From positions 2,048,061 to 2,112,060 of the forward strand of contig NMRA01000011.1 of the NCBI GenBank assembly GCA_002633005.1: a stretch of 64,000 nucleotides of DNA. Reading direction: 5' to 3'. This document shows positions 12,801 to 27,800 of the stretch, piece after piece. The notes beneath the pieces are model-generated. The model was not told where the DNA came from. It saw only the letters and a program-made list of their open reading frames with translations, and searched no databases. Both the position numbers and the translations under genes were made by a program. How positions within the stretch are numbered: the first letter of the stretch is position 1; each line of letters starts with the position of its first letter. This DNA is from Phoronis australis. Lineage: Eukaryota > Animalia > Phoronida.

Positions 12801-15800
12801 CACACACTTTATGGAAACCGCGACAACCCTTATGGGCAAGGCTGTTCTCAAATATAATAGATGTTGATATTGGCCGATAGTGAATCAAATTAATGCTGAA
12901 AAATCAGGAACCCCAACTGGGAATCGAACCACTGGTCTCTAGATTGTCGGTCTAGGATGACACAATATGCTAGGAACAGTAATTGACATATGGCAAGCTC
13001 TGCCCCCTTGCATAATGTCAACTAACAAACAATAAGTTTTACCCGGCAACGTGTTGTTTGTTGGGTAAAATGGTGGCTTGGAAATGGAGGTGTGTCAAGA
13101 ATGCCTCATTCTGATTGGTCAATTAAGCCATCACTCAGAATCCTGGCAATAGGTCAATTGCTCAGATATCGAGTCCTCAGTAGCTCAGTGGTAAGAGCAG
13201 TAGATCAGCAGTCTAGAGACCTGTGGTTCAATTCCTAGTTGGGGTTCCTGATTTTTCTGTGTTTATGTGACATTAAAATTCAACTAAATGTCGAAAGAGA
13301 TAAGAGGTTCAACAAAACTGCTAAATACTTGTGGCGAGCAATTTGTCATAATTTGGTGGAGTCTGACCAAATTCTGTCAAAGTCTATGACAGTTTATTTA
13401 AAAAAAATTGTATTGTACGTCATACTTAGAATTCCTATGAAGTTCTCATGGTTTATTGTTTTATTCAGAACTTTAAGAATTTTGATGCAATGTTCTGTTT
13501 GTAATTCAAGCAGTTGTGCAGTTTTTACAACTATTCCTAGATGCGCAATAAGTCACTAGTTGTCAGGTGCACAGTCATGAATAAACATGCAAAATTTTAT
13601 CGTCAACAAAATGCCAAAATTCCAAGTGGGGACAGTGAGAAACACCAAAAGTTTTGAAACGGACAGAAGGTGGTAGCAACAGTGATTTTTTAATCAGGCG
13701 GATTTTGAGACTTGTGAACAAGAATAAATATTTAAATGCCCACTGTAATGCCGCTACTCCCGGGTGGCAGGTCTAAAGAGAAAAACGCCATTCCAACTTG
13801 AAGTTGAAGATAGTAGCATGTGTATTTTGCAACGTAGGTTTCAGGATTTAGCTTGTTGATAGGTTAAAGTTACAATCGCGTTACTTGTCCCGTACTATCC
13901 GGCGAGTGATTTTAAATTAAAATCATTGTTACCACCTTGTCCTTCCCTACAAAGTGTATTTCTTGTTTGTTACTGCCTACTCTGTGCATTGCTTATGCTG
14001 TGCTGTAGTTTAATGAATAAGTAATGTGTAACTCGACAAGGACTCGAAATTATGTTGTGAGGCTCTTAAATATACTAACGTCAACATGTCGATGTTTTGA
14101 GGAGTTGCAATCAGTATGAATGCTTTTAGTTAAGACTTCGGTCCTGGATCGAAGTTAACAGCGGCAATTAACTTCGCAGTAAATAGGTGGATTTAATTGG
14201 GGAGTGTCGACACTGTGGTGCGGTATTAACAGTCAACTTCAGTCTCGCCGAAGTTATCGCCAGGGGCCACTGTTATTATCAACAATTAATGGGCAGCGTC
14301 GTCGCTAATAGTTGCCTATATTTTGCTCCAATAATCACTAATTTAATTACTTTATCTCAATTATCACTTGTAAATGTTATCAAATTGTCACATTAAAAAT
14401 TTTTATCCTGCATGGGATGTATCAGAGTGTTACAATGCGATTACTTTGATGATGACAGCATCACTTGCCTTTTACATTGATGCCATTAACTACTGAAGCT
14501 GGTATGAAAGATTCAATTAACTTGAGGTTCGCATTTTATGTCGATGCTCCGCTCATGGGAGAGTTAAGTTGGTGTGAAAGGGCCTGTTGAAGAGATGATT
14601 TAAAGACCAAAAATTAATGGTTTAATAGTTGTTTTGATAATTGATGGTCAAGTGCTCGTTTTAGTGGCAGTGCTACGTAATTATCAAGTTAAAATGTTTC
14701 TTTTTAACTTTAGTTAAAAGAGGGATAATGGAGGGGCAAATTTGGTAGATAAAACACATGCCTTGTTACTTGAGAAAAATCCTTTGTCATTTAATTCTAA
14801 TCAGGACATTTAACAATAATTTGAATTTTTTTATTCACTGATGTAAAAATCAGGTTGATGAAAAGTTGAACTTGAGCGACTTGCCTTTAGTATGACACGA
14901 AAGTAGACCAGGCATCCTCAGGCCAGCCCAGTACTCGGATGGGGCAAAGCTTGTATGACAGACAGTAGGATAGGCATCCTCAGGCCAGCCCAGTACTGAT
15001 GGGGCAAAGCTTGTATGACAGATAGTAGACCAGGCTTCCTCAGGCCAGCCCAGTGCTGATGGGGCAAAGCCTGTAATGTTATGCAAACTTCATGAGCCTT
15101 GAGCTCAGTGACCTGATGACAATCAGTTTGATTACTAGGTTCAACACAGTATGCTAAAAAGCCCTAAAGCAGCCCTAACAACATTGACTTATTTACAAAA
15201 CAATGATTATTGAATGTTATTTTTTTATTTCAAGTAACAGATCATTTTGAAATTTTGTGGCATCAAATTTTATATTGGTGATATCATGGATATTAAATAA
15301 CAGGCAAACCCAAGTGAAGACATTAGGTTTGACTTTGGTAAATGTGAATTTGTTAAAAAAGAAGAAACCTTTTTCCTAAGATATTCTCANCGTCATATTC
15401 GTCATCTTCGTCATCATCTTTATCGTCATCTTTTTGGTTAATTTCGCCAAGGTTCGCTCCTCGGAGCGCTTTCATTATTTCTTTGAATCATGGGCTCCAA
15501 AGTAAAACACACAAGACATTAATGTTGCAGGTTTTTGTGTAAGAGCCAATTATGTTAAAATTTAAGGTACCAGTAAAAGCCAGAAAAGAACATTGAGTTT
15601 ACTTTTAACATGTTGACCCATAATAGAGTGTGAACAAATATTTGAACTCTTATTGTTTAATACTTGAAAGCATATGTATTATATATTACATTAACACTCC
15701 CGGGTTTACTAGCATAGGTACTAGGTATTGTTTCGTTTCATGTTCGCCTGAATCTTGATAAATGAAACTAATCCTGAAACGGAGTTATACAAGGATGTGA

Positions 15801-18800
15801 TCTTTTTAGCGAGACGTGTCAAAAATCAATAATGCCTTGAAAAAATTTTAATACCGAAGCTGTTGCATTTCTGCTTTCGGCTTCTCAATATAAAAATCAA
15901 TTTCCAAGCGCCAATGAATCCAATGTGATGGGTATTATTTAACATTAGCAAATTGACTTCTGACACTTTATTGTTTTACTTGGCTTTATTGTTATTGTTA
16001 TTGTTTTAACATCAATAAAGTGCAGGCTGTTTGTCTGTCAGCACAGAAATTGATGAAGAGTGTGTGAGACTTCCCTTATACTTTGGTGGATTGCACTTAA
16101 GACATTCATGTCTGTTTGGTGTGGATTACTGTCTGGCACACTCAAGTGACATTATCAATACCTGTGGTCACATGCTATAGAATTTTTGTGATCATGCAGC
16201 TGTTTATTCGCCATGAAGTAAACTCAAAAAGTTGAATGCAATAATTATATCACTTGTTTCTTGCGAGCATACTACCCAAGGTTCATGAAGGTCATCAATG
16301 TGCCTTCTTTACGCTCATGCTAAAATGCATAAAGTGATGCGCTCATGTCATGAGCTTATATCAATTGTTTTTGGTCTTCTACGTTGCTTGGAATTTCCAA
16401 TAGTCCAGGCCTGAGGTGTATATTGTTGTCTAGTTTAATACTAAATGTGTTTCAGGTCAGGGGACTATGAATTATGTGACAGTGATGTGGGTATGGAATG
16501 AGAACCAATAATTATTGTTATAGTGAAGAAATAATGTGGTACCAGTTTTACTGTTAAATGGTCTCCTTTGGTCACACACGATAGAATTTTTAAGAACAAT
16601 AAGTCCTGTAGCTGTTTAGTAACACCACGAGTTTTATGGGAGCTGGTGAGTCTAGGGGGAGGGAGAACTGTTTTCAAAAAGTTTTTATATGAGTGTTTCA
16701 AAAGACAATTGAATTAAAAATTTTCCTCTTTTCACCTTGTACTCCGTCAAAACTTTTATAGTATGTACAAGAACTCTGTTTCTATGTAGGCGCATATTGC
16801 AATCATCTCTGTCTGTTGAGGCGCCCGGCATCCGCAACATCTAAACCCCTAGCACAGGATCTTGATGAGATGTGGCAAATGTGTTCCTATAATGAAGCTG
16901 ACAACGAATGACGATGAATTTTGAACAGAGCCAACTACTGGTGTGCCCTTTAGTGATCGTTTTCCTCTGTATCTTCTAACTTAATGGATTTTCATGAAAC
17001 TTGGCTCGTAGGCATCTATTAATGAGATGACGTTATCCTCTTGTTTTCGGATGGATTCGACATACTTTGCGCCACCTAGTGACCAGTTTTACTGTTTTCG
17101 AGTCTGTTTTCTGGCATCTGCTCCTCTATCAACCAAACCGCTCTAAGGATGATTGTGAAAATGGTCATGTATAATGATCATACTGGGAAGAGGGTAGCTG
17201 AGGATGATAATCTCTGATGACTTCGAGTTTATTCTGGGGGCCTAAATGGTAGTTTTACTTGATTTTGTACCCAAGGCTGTATCTCCTAAACGCTACGCAG
17301 GATCTTTATTAAGTTTAGCAAGTATAGTTATATGAAGTTGACAACGGACAAGGATGACTTTCCAATGGATCGGACTACCGGTGTGCCCTATAGTGGCACT
17401 TTTAGTTTTTTACCTTCACCTCTTTATCTTAAAAATCCTCAATGGATTCTCTTGAAATTTGGTAGATATGCATTTATTGGTGAGGTGATGCTTTCCTTCC
17501 ATTTTCAGATGTATTCAAGGTATTTTGCAACACCTAGCGGCCATTTTTACTGTTTTTTGGCGTTCGCCCTTCTGTCAACCAAACCACTCTAAGAATGATT
17601 TTTATGTGCCCACATATTTATGTGTGGTTGCATATTGCCGTCGATTTTCTGTCTGAGCATCTGGCGTCCGCAGTTGTATCTCCTAAACTCCTCAAGGATC
17701 TTGATGAGATTTGGCAGATGTGTTTTTATAAAAGTGACGACGGACGACGACGAATTTCGGACCTCTCCGAATACCAGTATGCCCCCTAGTGGCAATTTTA
17801 GTTTTTTACGCTTCGTCTCTGTATCTTCGGAGGTTCTCAATGGATTTTCATAAAATTTGGCAGTTAGGCATCTATTAGTGAGGTGATGCCATCCTCCAGT
17901 TTTCGGACAGATCCGAGGTACTTTGCGCCACCTAGTGGCCATTTTTACTGATTTCGAGTCTGTTTTTTTGGCGTCCGCCGTTCTATCAACCAAACTGCTT
18001 TAGGGATGATTTTGAAAATTGGCATATAATATATAATAATGTACTTACTGTGAAGAGGGCTAATGACGATGATTTTCTGACGACTTCGACGACTGTAGCG
18101 CCTCCTAGTGGCAGTTTTGTTTGTTTTTGCGCCCATGGCTGTATCTCCCACACAGGATCTTAATGAGATTTGGCTGATGCGTTCCCATGAAACTGACGAC
18201 GGATGAGAACGAATTTCGGACCTCTCCGACTACTGGTGTGCCACCTAATGGCAATTTTAATTTTTTTACGCTTACCTCAGTCTGTAGATTTGGAGGTCCT
18301 CAACGGATTTTCATAAAATTTGGCAGTTAGGCATCTATCAGTGAGATGATGCCATCCTCCCGTTTTCGGACAGATTCAGGATACTTTGCACCACCTAGTG
18401 GTCATTTTTACTGTTTTCGAGTTTGTTTTTTGTTTTTTTTTGTTCGCTCAACCAATCCGCTCTAGGGATAATTTTGAAAATTGGTGTGTATGTTCTTACT
18501 GTGAAGAGGGCAGCTGACGATGATTTTCCGATGACTTCGACTACTTATGGTGCCTCCTAGTGGCATTTTTGGTTGTTTTTGCGCCCATGGCTATTTATCT
18601 CCTAAATGCTCTACAGGATCTTTTTTAATTTTGCTGGTGTATTAAAAAGTTGACAACAAAGGATGACAACTTTCGGACATTGATTGGGCTACCGGTTTGT
18701 CCCCTAGTGGCAATTATGTGGTCATTGGATTTTCATAAAATTTGGCTGTTAGGCATCTATAAGTGATATGACGCTATCATTTTGTTTTTGGTAAAATTCT

Positions 18801-21800
18801 AGGCCATTTTTACTGTTTTCGAGTCCTGTTATTTGGAGTCTGCCCCTCTGTCAACCAAATCACTCTAAGGATGGTTGTGAAAGGTATTTATATTTCTTAT
18901 GTGAAGAGGAAGTCTGACACTGATTTTCCAACGACTTTATCTACTTTGGCGCCTCTTAGTGGCAGTTATGTTTTTTGCACTTATAGCCGCTTAGTGGAAA
19001 TTTCATTTTTATGTTTTCCTCTGTTTTCTCAAAAGTTTCTTTTTATGAAATTTGGTAAATAGCTTTGATGACACATACAAGTTCTCGGATGGATTCGCCA
19101 TATTTTGGGCCATCTAGTTGCCATTTTATGTTCCAAATCAACACCCCTAGAAGCACACCGTTAGCGGTGCATTTGTGGGCGCATTTCAACGCTCCGCATT
19201 GCTCTTGTAAAAATTAGCATATATTATGTTCTTGCTGTGAAGACCTAACGGCTGACAGTGATTTTTTGACAACATAGACTACTTTGGCGTCTTCTAGTGG
19301 TAGTTGTGTGTGTTTTTTGTAAACAGCTCTATCTCCTAAACCCACTGCAGGAACTTTATTAAGTTTGAAAAGTGTAATTATTTGAGGTCGACATGGACGA
19401 CTTCGACTTTGAGACATATCCAACTTAATTGCTGTGTCCCCTATTGGCAATTTCATTTTGTTTCCATTTTCCTGTTTTTTCTGAAGTTCCGTGACGGATA
19501 TTTTTGAAATTTCCCATTTTTACAAGGTATTTTGCGCCATCTAGTGAACATTTTTGGATGCTTTTAGTCATACAACTGTCCTAGTTTACCTGTGTAAGTA
19601 AACCATGCTATGAACAGTCCCACTAAATAAGATTGGTCCTAACCCCGGTCGTCAAGGTAAACGGTGGGGTATGGAAAATTGAACTAGACCGTATTTATCC
19701 ACCTTGNNNNNNNNNNNNNNNNNNNNNNNNNNNNNNNNNNNNNNNNNNNNNNNNNNNNNNNNNNNNNNNNNNNNNNNNNNNNNNNNNNNNNNNNNNNNNN
19801 NNNNNNNNNNNNNNNNNNNNNNNNNNNNNNNNNNNNNNNNNNNNNNNNNNNNGGCCTGTGCACACAAAATCTGTGAGTTAACCAGCACTCACCTTGCACG
19901 TTGCAGCCGTTTAAATGAAAAAACAATCTAGTAAACGCCATTTTCCTGCATAATCCTCCGCCTTTTGTAGCAAAAAAGTCTATCGTCGATGACCCACACA
20001 CGCACGCTCCGGCACTCACTCTCATACACAGACGAACTTCAAAACAAACGTCACGTGACAACAACATGTGTGTTCATCCAGAGATTTTTCTCGTGTTGTG
20101 GGGTACGATGTAGCGCAGATTTGCACTTAATCGCAATTAATCTGGACTCCACATGAACTTTAAAAATTGTAGAACATAAGGAAGATTTGTTGAGTCAAAA
20201 CTATATTTTTATTCAAGAGTTCAAGTTTTCCTATTGACGATAGCGATTCAGTGACGCATCAGTCGGCAAGTTTTCGCCCTGTGATGAGCACAATTTTTTG
20301 AAAAATTATCGTAATTTAACAACGGAAGTTCATAGTAATGCACCACAATTTTGTAGAAAGACTGTCATAGGCTAAAAATACGTCACAGAGCGTAAATTTT
20401 ATGAATCCTAGCTTCCGATTTTACAGGTTTGGGAAACGGGCTTTCAACTGCCTTAGGCTACAATAAGAATCCCCTCCCTGTGAAATGGATTTTTCTAAGT
20501 GTTTATTAGTGCCAATACAGTATACAGCTTTCCACCAAGGCTAGGTGATACTAAGACATTATTCTTTGTTGCATTAGTAACTGGTCTTGGCTAATTATCA
20601 TTTTATGGCCTGGTCATCCATTCAGCCAAAAGTAGTTCTAGAGGTGGCTTATCAGCCAATTATTCACCCATGCTGACTCACAATAGAAGCCTGATAAGAG
20701 TGAAGGTGGATAAATGGGGTGTTCCTACAGTTTCTTGTGTTAGTGGATGTGTTCACAACATGAACACAACTTAACAATGGATTTATTGTGCTACCTGAGG
20801 AGATAATTGTTTGATTACCTGGATGGACTATTGAATAGCATGGCCTTGAATGGATGCCAACTGTGAAAGTGAATATGATGTCTAGTAGTTATGGATGGGT
20901 AATGTGCTGTTAGAAATAATTGAAATGCTTATTGGCTGCATGCTACCTGTCCTTAATCATAATGCTGTGTCAATGATGACTAATTGCTTCATAGAACAGT
21001 TGTCTAAACCGTGGTAAAGGGAAGATTACATTTGATTACCAGTCTTTGTTTTGATGTGACTCAATCAATATTTTGGTCAGTGTGCATGCAGTTATGAATT
21101 TGATAAGTTTCAGCAGAAGTGATAGAAATCTCCATTTAATGAAGTTATCATGATCACCATCAGCATTTTTTAATTAGTTGTCTTAGATACATTGTAATTT
21201 GCTGTTGGACAGAGAGACAACTGTATTCTTTGAAGGATTCAGGTAAGTCGCTGTGCAATTTGTTGCACTTTTACTGGCTATGTGACAGATAGGGGTGCCT
21301 ATGCAGTCTTTAGTTTAGTCAACATTTTATTTAAGAAGCTCAACTCAGTAGTTCTAATGAGAAATTTAGCACAAATAATTGCCACTGTAGTAAAATAGTG
21401 CCAATGTAACACTATCAGGCATAATTCCTAACAATTTTTTGTAACCTGATTCAATCTAAGCACAATGCAAATGCTGTACTGTTCCTTTCAATGAGCAATA
21501 TCTGCAGGTCTGTGATATGAAGGGTGTTTTCAAGCACCAAAACTTTACTTACATCAGCTTCAAGTATCTTAGTTGAAACTAATTTTGTAGTGGAAAGTGA
21601 ACTAGCTTATCAAAGGTAAGTTGTTTTGTGGCTGAAGGAGATTTATTAAGCAGCATAAGCCAAGCATCTCTTGTAATGTCTTGAAAATGAGGCTAGTCAA
21701 ATATTTGATCAAATTTTTGCGACATCATACTTGGATTGTTACTCTGAATCTAAGCGGGAAATGTCTTATTTAATCCAAAATCAATGCAATTGTTTCCAAG

Positions 21801-24800
21801 AAGGAAATAGTGTGCTACCGGAAAGGGTAACTTGGCAAAAATTCCAGGTTGCCAAGGGAATCTGAGGTTGCCAAGACTGAAATTCCAGGTCGCCAAATGA
21901 AGTCTGAGGTTGCTGAGTTCGGCGTAGAAATTGTTTGCTAAGCCTGTACTCGGTTGTCAGAATCTTACGCTTACATCTTCAACCATACGTTCTTTTACAA
22001 ACTGTTGTAATTAGCTTGTTCTTGATGTGTGGTGACTGCTTGGTGACAAGTGCACTAATGTCATGAAATAAAGGGAGCAATTATGAACCAAAACGAAAAG
22101 TGTTAGTAATTTAATGTTTAGAAATCAACACAAACTTTGAAATGAACTTAGTGGAAATTGGTTTCTGATTTTGAAACTCGCTGTGGTGACTTGAAATTTT
22201 TCCAGTTAGCCAAACACAATCTGAGGTCGCTATGGCGACCTGTAGTCTATTTCAGCCAATCTTGATTAACGTTGGAGTAGTAAGATACTCGCTCATGGAT
22301 CTCCTACTCTTTGTTGAAGGAGACACGAAATGAATCTTTTGGCTGAGCTCCGTTTTAACGTCCTATATAGACCCAATGATTTAAGGAAGAAAGATTTCCA
22401 GTTTGGGAATGTGGAAAATAAACTGATTTGCTCAAGATTGGAGCTTGCATCAATTTTTGAAAATAAGCAATTTATTTGATGTCCCAAATTCAAAAATCAA
22501 AAGAAAGATGATTTTTGCAGTCAGTGGCAGCTATTTTTGACAATGTTATCTCAGACTTATTTGATACAAAATGCAGCTTACTGTATTTGAGAAATTAGAT
22601 GAATATCAAAATTACCCGTGGTCTACTGTTCAGTAGAAAAAAGTCAAATTTGGCTTGAATTTCAGTGTCTCCATTATGTTAGTATGCAGATGATTTCGCT
22701 TCATTTTAATACTATACTGAACAAGGGTGAGTTACGCCCTGAACTGTCTGGGAATGTGTTCTCACTGATATATTTTTACACTGTATTTTATCTGTTCTAC
22801 TATATTATTAACTGCTCTTCGACTATCGATTTTATCATCAACTCTATAAAAGTGATAGCACTCTTAGTAAATGTCGCACATGTTATGCATGGTGTATATA
22901 TGTAGATCAATCCTAAGGGCATTGTCAGGTGTTGTTGCTAAAGATGACAAGTTTTCAAGATATTGTCTGATGGTGGCTATTGTTTAGAACTTCGAAATAG
23001 TTAAGCATTGATTTGAATATCTGTTATTCAACAATGGAGTTTCCTTAATTTGTCCTAAATTGAGAAGATTTAAGCACCGGGCTTTATGAACTAATTGGTT
23101 GACTGTGTTTCTCACTAATGATGGTGACATCCAGACTTGCCGTTTGTGTGTGATTGTTTCTAATGGTGAATCATGTCCAGGGCCTTAGGTGTGAGGAATA
23201 TGTTACATGATCACCTCCCACTGTGTAGTCCGGAATGACAAATGAGAACCTCGGGTTAAAAACTTTATTAGACTTGAAAATTTTGAAAATGCTCTCTTCA
23301 GAAAGGATGTCCTTTTTGTTTATTTTTATATGCCCACATGTTTATATGTGGGTGCATATTGCCGTCATCTATGTCTTGGCGTCCAGGCGTCCGCGGCTGT
23401 ATCTCCTAAACCCCTTGCAGGATAGTATTGAAATTTAGCAGGTGTGTTCCTATAGGGTTGATGACAGAGGGCGACGAGTTTCAGACCGACGCGAAGACTG
23501 CTGTGCCCCCTAGTGGTAATTTTAGTTTTTTACGTTTGCCTCTGTATCTTCAAGGGCCCTCAACCGATTTTTATGAAACTTTGCACATTAGGCATGTGTT
23601 AATGAGAGGATGCTATCCTCCAGTTTTTGGATGGATTTGAGGCATTTTGCACCATCTAGTGGCCATTTTTACTATTTTCGAGTCCGTTTTTTGGCGTCCA
23701 CCTCTCTATCAACCAAATCACTCTAAGGATGATTGTGAAAATTAACATGTATGATTTTTCTATGAAGAGGACGGTTGATGATGATTTTCCGATGACTTCG
23801 AGTACTGTAGCACCTCCTACTGGCAGTTTTGTTTTTTTGCGCCCATGGCTGTATTTCCTAATTACTCTACAAGCAAATGTAGCAATAATGTATTTATATG
23901 AAGTTGACAACGGATGACGATGACTTTCGGACAGATTGGAGTACCGGTGTGTCTCTTAGTGGCAGTTTTATTTTACGTTTACCTCTGTATATTCATAGGT
24001 CCTCAGTGGATTTCCATAAATTTTGGCTTATAGGCATCTATTAACTAGGTGACGCTATTCCCTTGTTTATAGATGGATTCAAGGTATTTTGCACCACCTA
24101 GTGACCATTTTTATTGTTTTCGAATCTGTTTTTTGGTTTCTGTCCATCTGTCAATCAAGCCACTCTAAGGAGGATTGTGAAAATTGTCACGCATGCTCAT
24201 ATTGTAAAAAGAACGATTGATAAAGATATTCGTTGACTTCAACTACTGTGGCACCTCCTAGTGGCAGTTTTGTTTCTTTTTGGGCCCATGCCTGTATTCA
24301 TATGAAGTTAACAACGGAAGATGACAACTTTCAGACAGATCCGATGAACACTGTGCCCCCTGTGGAGTGGCAGTTTTATTTTTTTCGCTTTCCTCTGTTT
24401 CTCTGAAGTTCCTCGACGAATTTTCATAAAATTTGGTAAATGGCTGTCTTTTAAAGAAATGGTAACATTTTCTGGTTTTCAGACGGATTCAATATATTTT
24501 GTGCCATCTAGTGGCCATTTTTACTGTTTTCTTGTCTGTTTTTAGCATTCGCCATTTGTGAAGCAAACCATTGGTAGGATAATTGTGAAACTGACTTTTA
24601 TGTTGTTAGTGTGAAGAGAACGGTTGACGATGATTTTCCGACTTCAATTGCTGTGGCACCTCCTAGTGGCAGTTTTGTTGTTTGCCCCCTTAGCCGTATC
24701 TGATAAGCCCTCTGCAGGATCTTTAATATTCAATTTAGAAAATTTGGAAAACGACAACATTCAGACAGATCCGACGAACGCTTTGCCTCCTAGTGGCAAT

Positions 24801-27800
24801 TTCATTTTTTTCCTTTTGCTTTGTTTCTTTGATTTATTTCCTTGACGGATTTTCATGCAATGGGGTGAATAGCTCTCTGTGTCGTTTACCTGTTTTTTGA
24901 TGGATTTGAAGTATTTTGCACCCTCCAGTGGCCATTTTTATGATCAAAATAAACACCCTGGAAGCACATTGTTTGGAGTGCATTCGAGGGGCACTTCAAC
25001 ACTCCCCGTTGCTCTTGTTTAAATTTCAGCTTTCAGACAATGTCTTTTTCACCTATTGCAAAGACTAAATAATACTATGGCATTATTGTGTTTTTCCATG
25101 TTCGCTGCTCTGCAAGAAATTTATTGACAAGTGTTCATCATTTCACTCGTGAGCTTTGCAAAATAAACAATATTGGAATTGTGGGCAGTTATCCAGGTGG
25201 AAAAATTAGAGATCATGCTAGATTTTTTATCTTCCCAGGTCTATTGCTCGGCGAGAAATTCATTGACGAGCATGTGGTGCTGGTGTGGCGTCACTGGTGT
25301 TTTAATGACATTGTCACTGAACGCTACTTTAAATCGGCGTCATCAAAGCTTGCATTCCACCAATCCATTGCCAGTCTCTTCATGGAGGCAGAGTTGAGCA
25401 ACAATAATTCACTGATCGGCCAATCAGAATGCATCAACCTGGGCCATGGAAGGATTGTCAGCCAGCCTCTTGTGCTATCCACCTCTGTATACAACTTCCG
25501 TCGCATGAACGAACTGTGGATACAGTTGCTTAAGTCAGGTATCAGCCAGTTGCGTGTTAGTGCAAAGCAGGAGACATAAGTATTCACAACTGTCCAAACG
25601 TCGTGTAATGTTGTTGGTGGCATATCTCAATAATCAAATAGGCATTAAATGTTGTGCCTTGGTGTAGGTGTGGTAACTTTGGGCACCAGTCGATTTTTTT
25701 GATCTTGACATCATCTTCAAGGTCACAGTGCGAATGTCAAGTTTTGACTTAGGAAAATGTTGTTTGGGATGACATATCTGACGAACAAAGCTTTAGATAT
25801 TGTCTTACTTTTTACCAACGTGGGGAACATCAAGCTGCAGTTGGTGACTTTGACCTCATTTTCAGGGTCGCAGCGAAAAATTAAAAATCAAGTTTTGACT
25901 TGGAAAATAATGTTGGCGCAATGTCTCAAAATAGATATTTTTAGATTTGCTAGAGGTATAGGTGGGGCAACTCCGAGCTGTAGGTGTTGCATCTGCACAT
26001 GCCAGGGAAGTGTGGAGACCTATCCTTGTATCCATTACATCATATTTAAGCTCATTTTAAAGCAAAATTTTGTCAAATCTGAAAATTTAGTGAATTGTTT
26101 TCAAATGTGTTAGAAATGAAGTTTGTAAAGATGTTCATCTTAATTATTTTTTAACAAAATTAATTCATTACCACAACATATGGCGCTAAAATGCACAAGT
26201 CTCGAGGTAATGGGGTGACAATTTGATCACTCTGACATTTGTTTGAATGTTTACTTTTTATTTATTAAACCCGCTTTGAATTTGTCTTCTGTCAAATGTA
26301 ACTTTTGCTACCATTTAGGATTAATAAATTGGTATTAAGTTGTTCCTAACTTGGTTACAACAAATGTCTGAGCTTGTGAAGAACTGATTGAATATTGAGT
26401 TCCTGAGTGTTTCAGGTAAAGGACAAGAAATTAATTTGACCCAGCTGGTCATTTTGTGTACCAAGAATGACCAGACATTTCTTTCAAGCCCAGTTAACCA
26501 AGGAATTTATCGAGACCAGCTTATTGCACCTATGAGCCGATTTCATAAGGTGGTTTAACAAACCAGGTTTAGCACTTAAACTTGGTCTTCCTAAACCTGG
26601 TATAATTTTAGACCGAACTTGCATTTCACCAACATGGTTTTTAAGTCTGAAAGCATATGGTTTTGTAAGATCAGGGAGCGTATTTAGTAAAAGTCCTGCC
26701 TCTGTAACGCTAGGACCTTGCTAAAAAGCAAGACTTCACGAGATTACGCGAGATATTGCCGTGTAGGTTAAGTGAGAACACATTTTTAATTGTGTAGTGT
26801 CTGTGCCCAGTACCCCTACACACATTCAAGTACATGCTCACGATAAGCCGCAACATAATAAATGCCCAAATTTATTTCCGTGTCATTTTAGTGTTTATGT
26901 CTTGTGGGAAAGGGGGGGGGGNGGGAAAGGGGGGGGGGGGCAGCACCCCTGCCCGGCAACCTTAAATCGGGGACAATTTAAGGTGGAACTCAGTCAGAGG
27001 AACTGGAATTTGTCTTCAGTCAAACTCGTAGTGAAAACGGGGATGATGCCTAGCTCAACCAGTCGTATTCTGAGGAATCCGAAGTATATCCTGCAATACA
27101 TAATGGTGTACGCATAGGCGGATCAAGGGGTGGTTAAGGGGTCCAAACCCCTTTTTTCTTGATTTTAGTGATACCAAATCTACTACAATTTTCAAATTGT
27201 TGACTTGGACCCCACTTTTAAAAACTTGATATGACCGTCTTCCCCTTTAAAAAATCCTGGATCCATCCCTGCTAGGTTTGTTCTTGTGTCGTAAAACTGC
27301 ATTGTAAATGCATATCGTGGCATCGTTCAGTTTGCACCTATATCGTGCAAGTCTGCCATATTTAACAATATTAAACCTCTAAGTCTGACCAAGCCTAAAT
27401 TTAAACCTGGTTTAAGATCTTAATACCGGTCTAAGGAATATAGATCTCGTTGATGAAATGAAAACTGACTTAGACCAGGTCTAAACTGGAGTTAAATCAG
27501 GGTTTACTAGACCACTGGTCTAAAAGTTAAACCACCTTATGAAATGCGGGCTATCTTTAAACCTGGTCTACGTCCAGTTTAATTCAGGTTTCACTTAAAA
27601 CCACCTTTTTTGAAATCGGCTTAAGTGTTCAAAATTCAGCCATTTTCTTTTTGGCAGCGGGTGACTTCATAGCCTGGTTTCACTGTTGCAGTATCGGGTA
27701 CTCATGTTATAAATCATGGTGAATCTCTTTGTTACAGTCTTGTTGCTGACAATCTTGTCCCTTCATATAGCTTGAACTGCTGTAACCTCGGTACCTAATT

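Noticed and set aside
13174-13256. Functional tRNA gene
   Set aside because: Mismatched stems and a non-canonical anticodon loop that differs between the two copies; treated as tRNA-derived.
19633-20067. ORFs spanning N gaps (also 39873-40290)
   Set aside because: Their length derives from the N runs.
17332-24845. Recurrent ORFs with shared peptides (PPSGNFSF, RHLVAIF)
   Set aside because: Translations of the non-coding HINE units; frames are not conserved between copies and there are no RepHel or transposase motifs.
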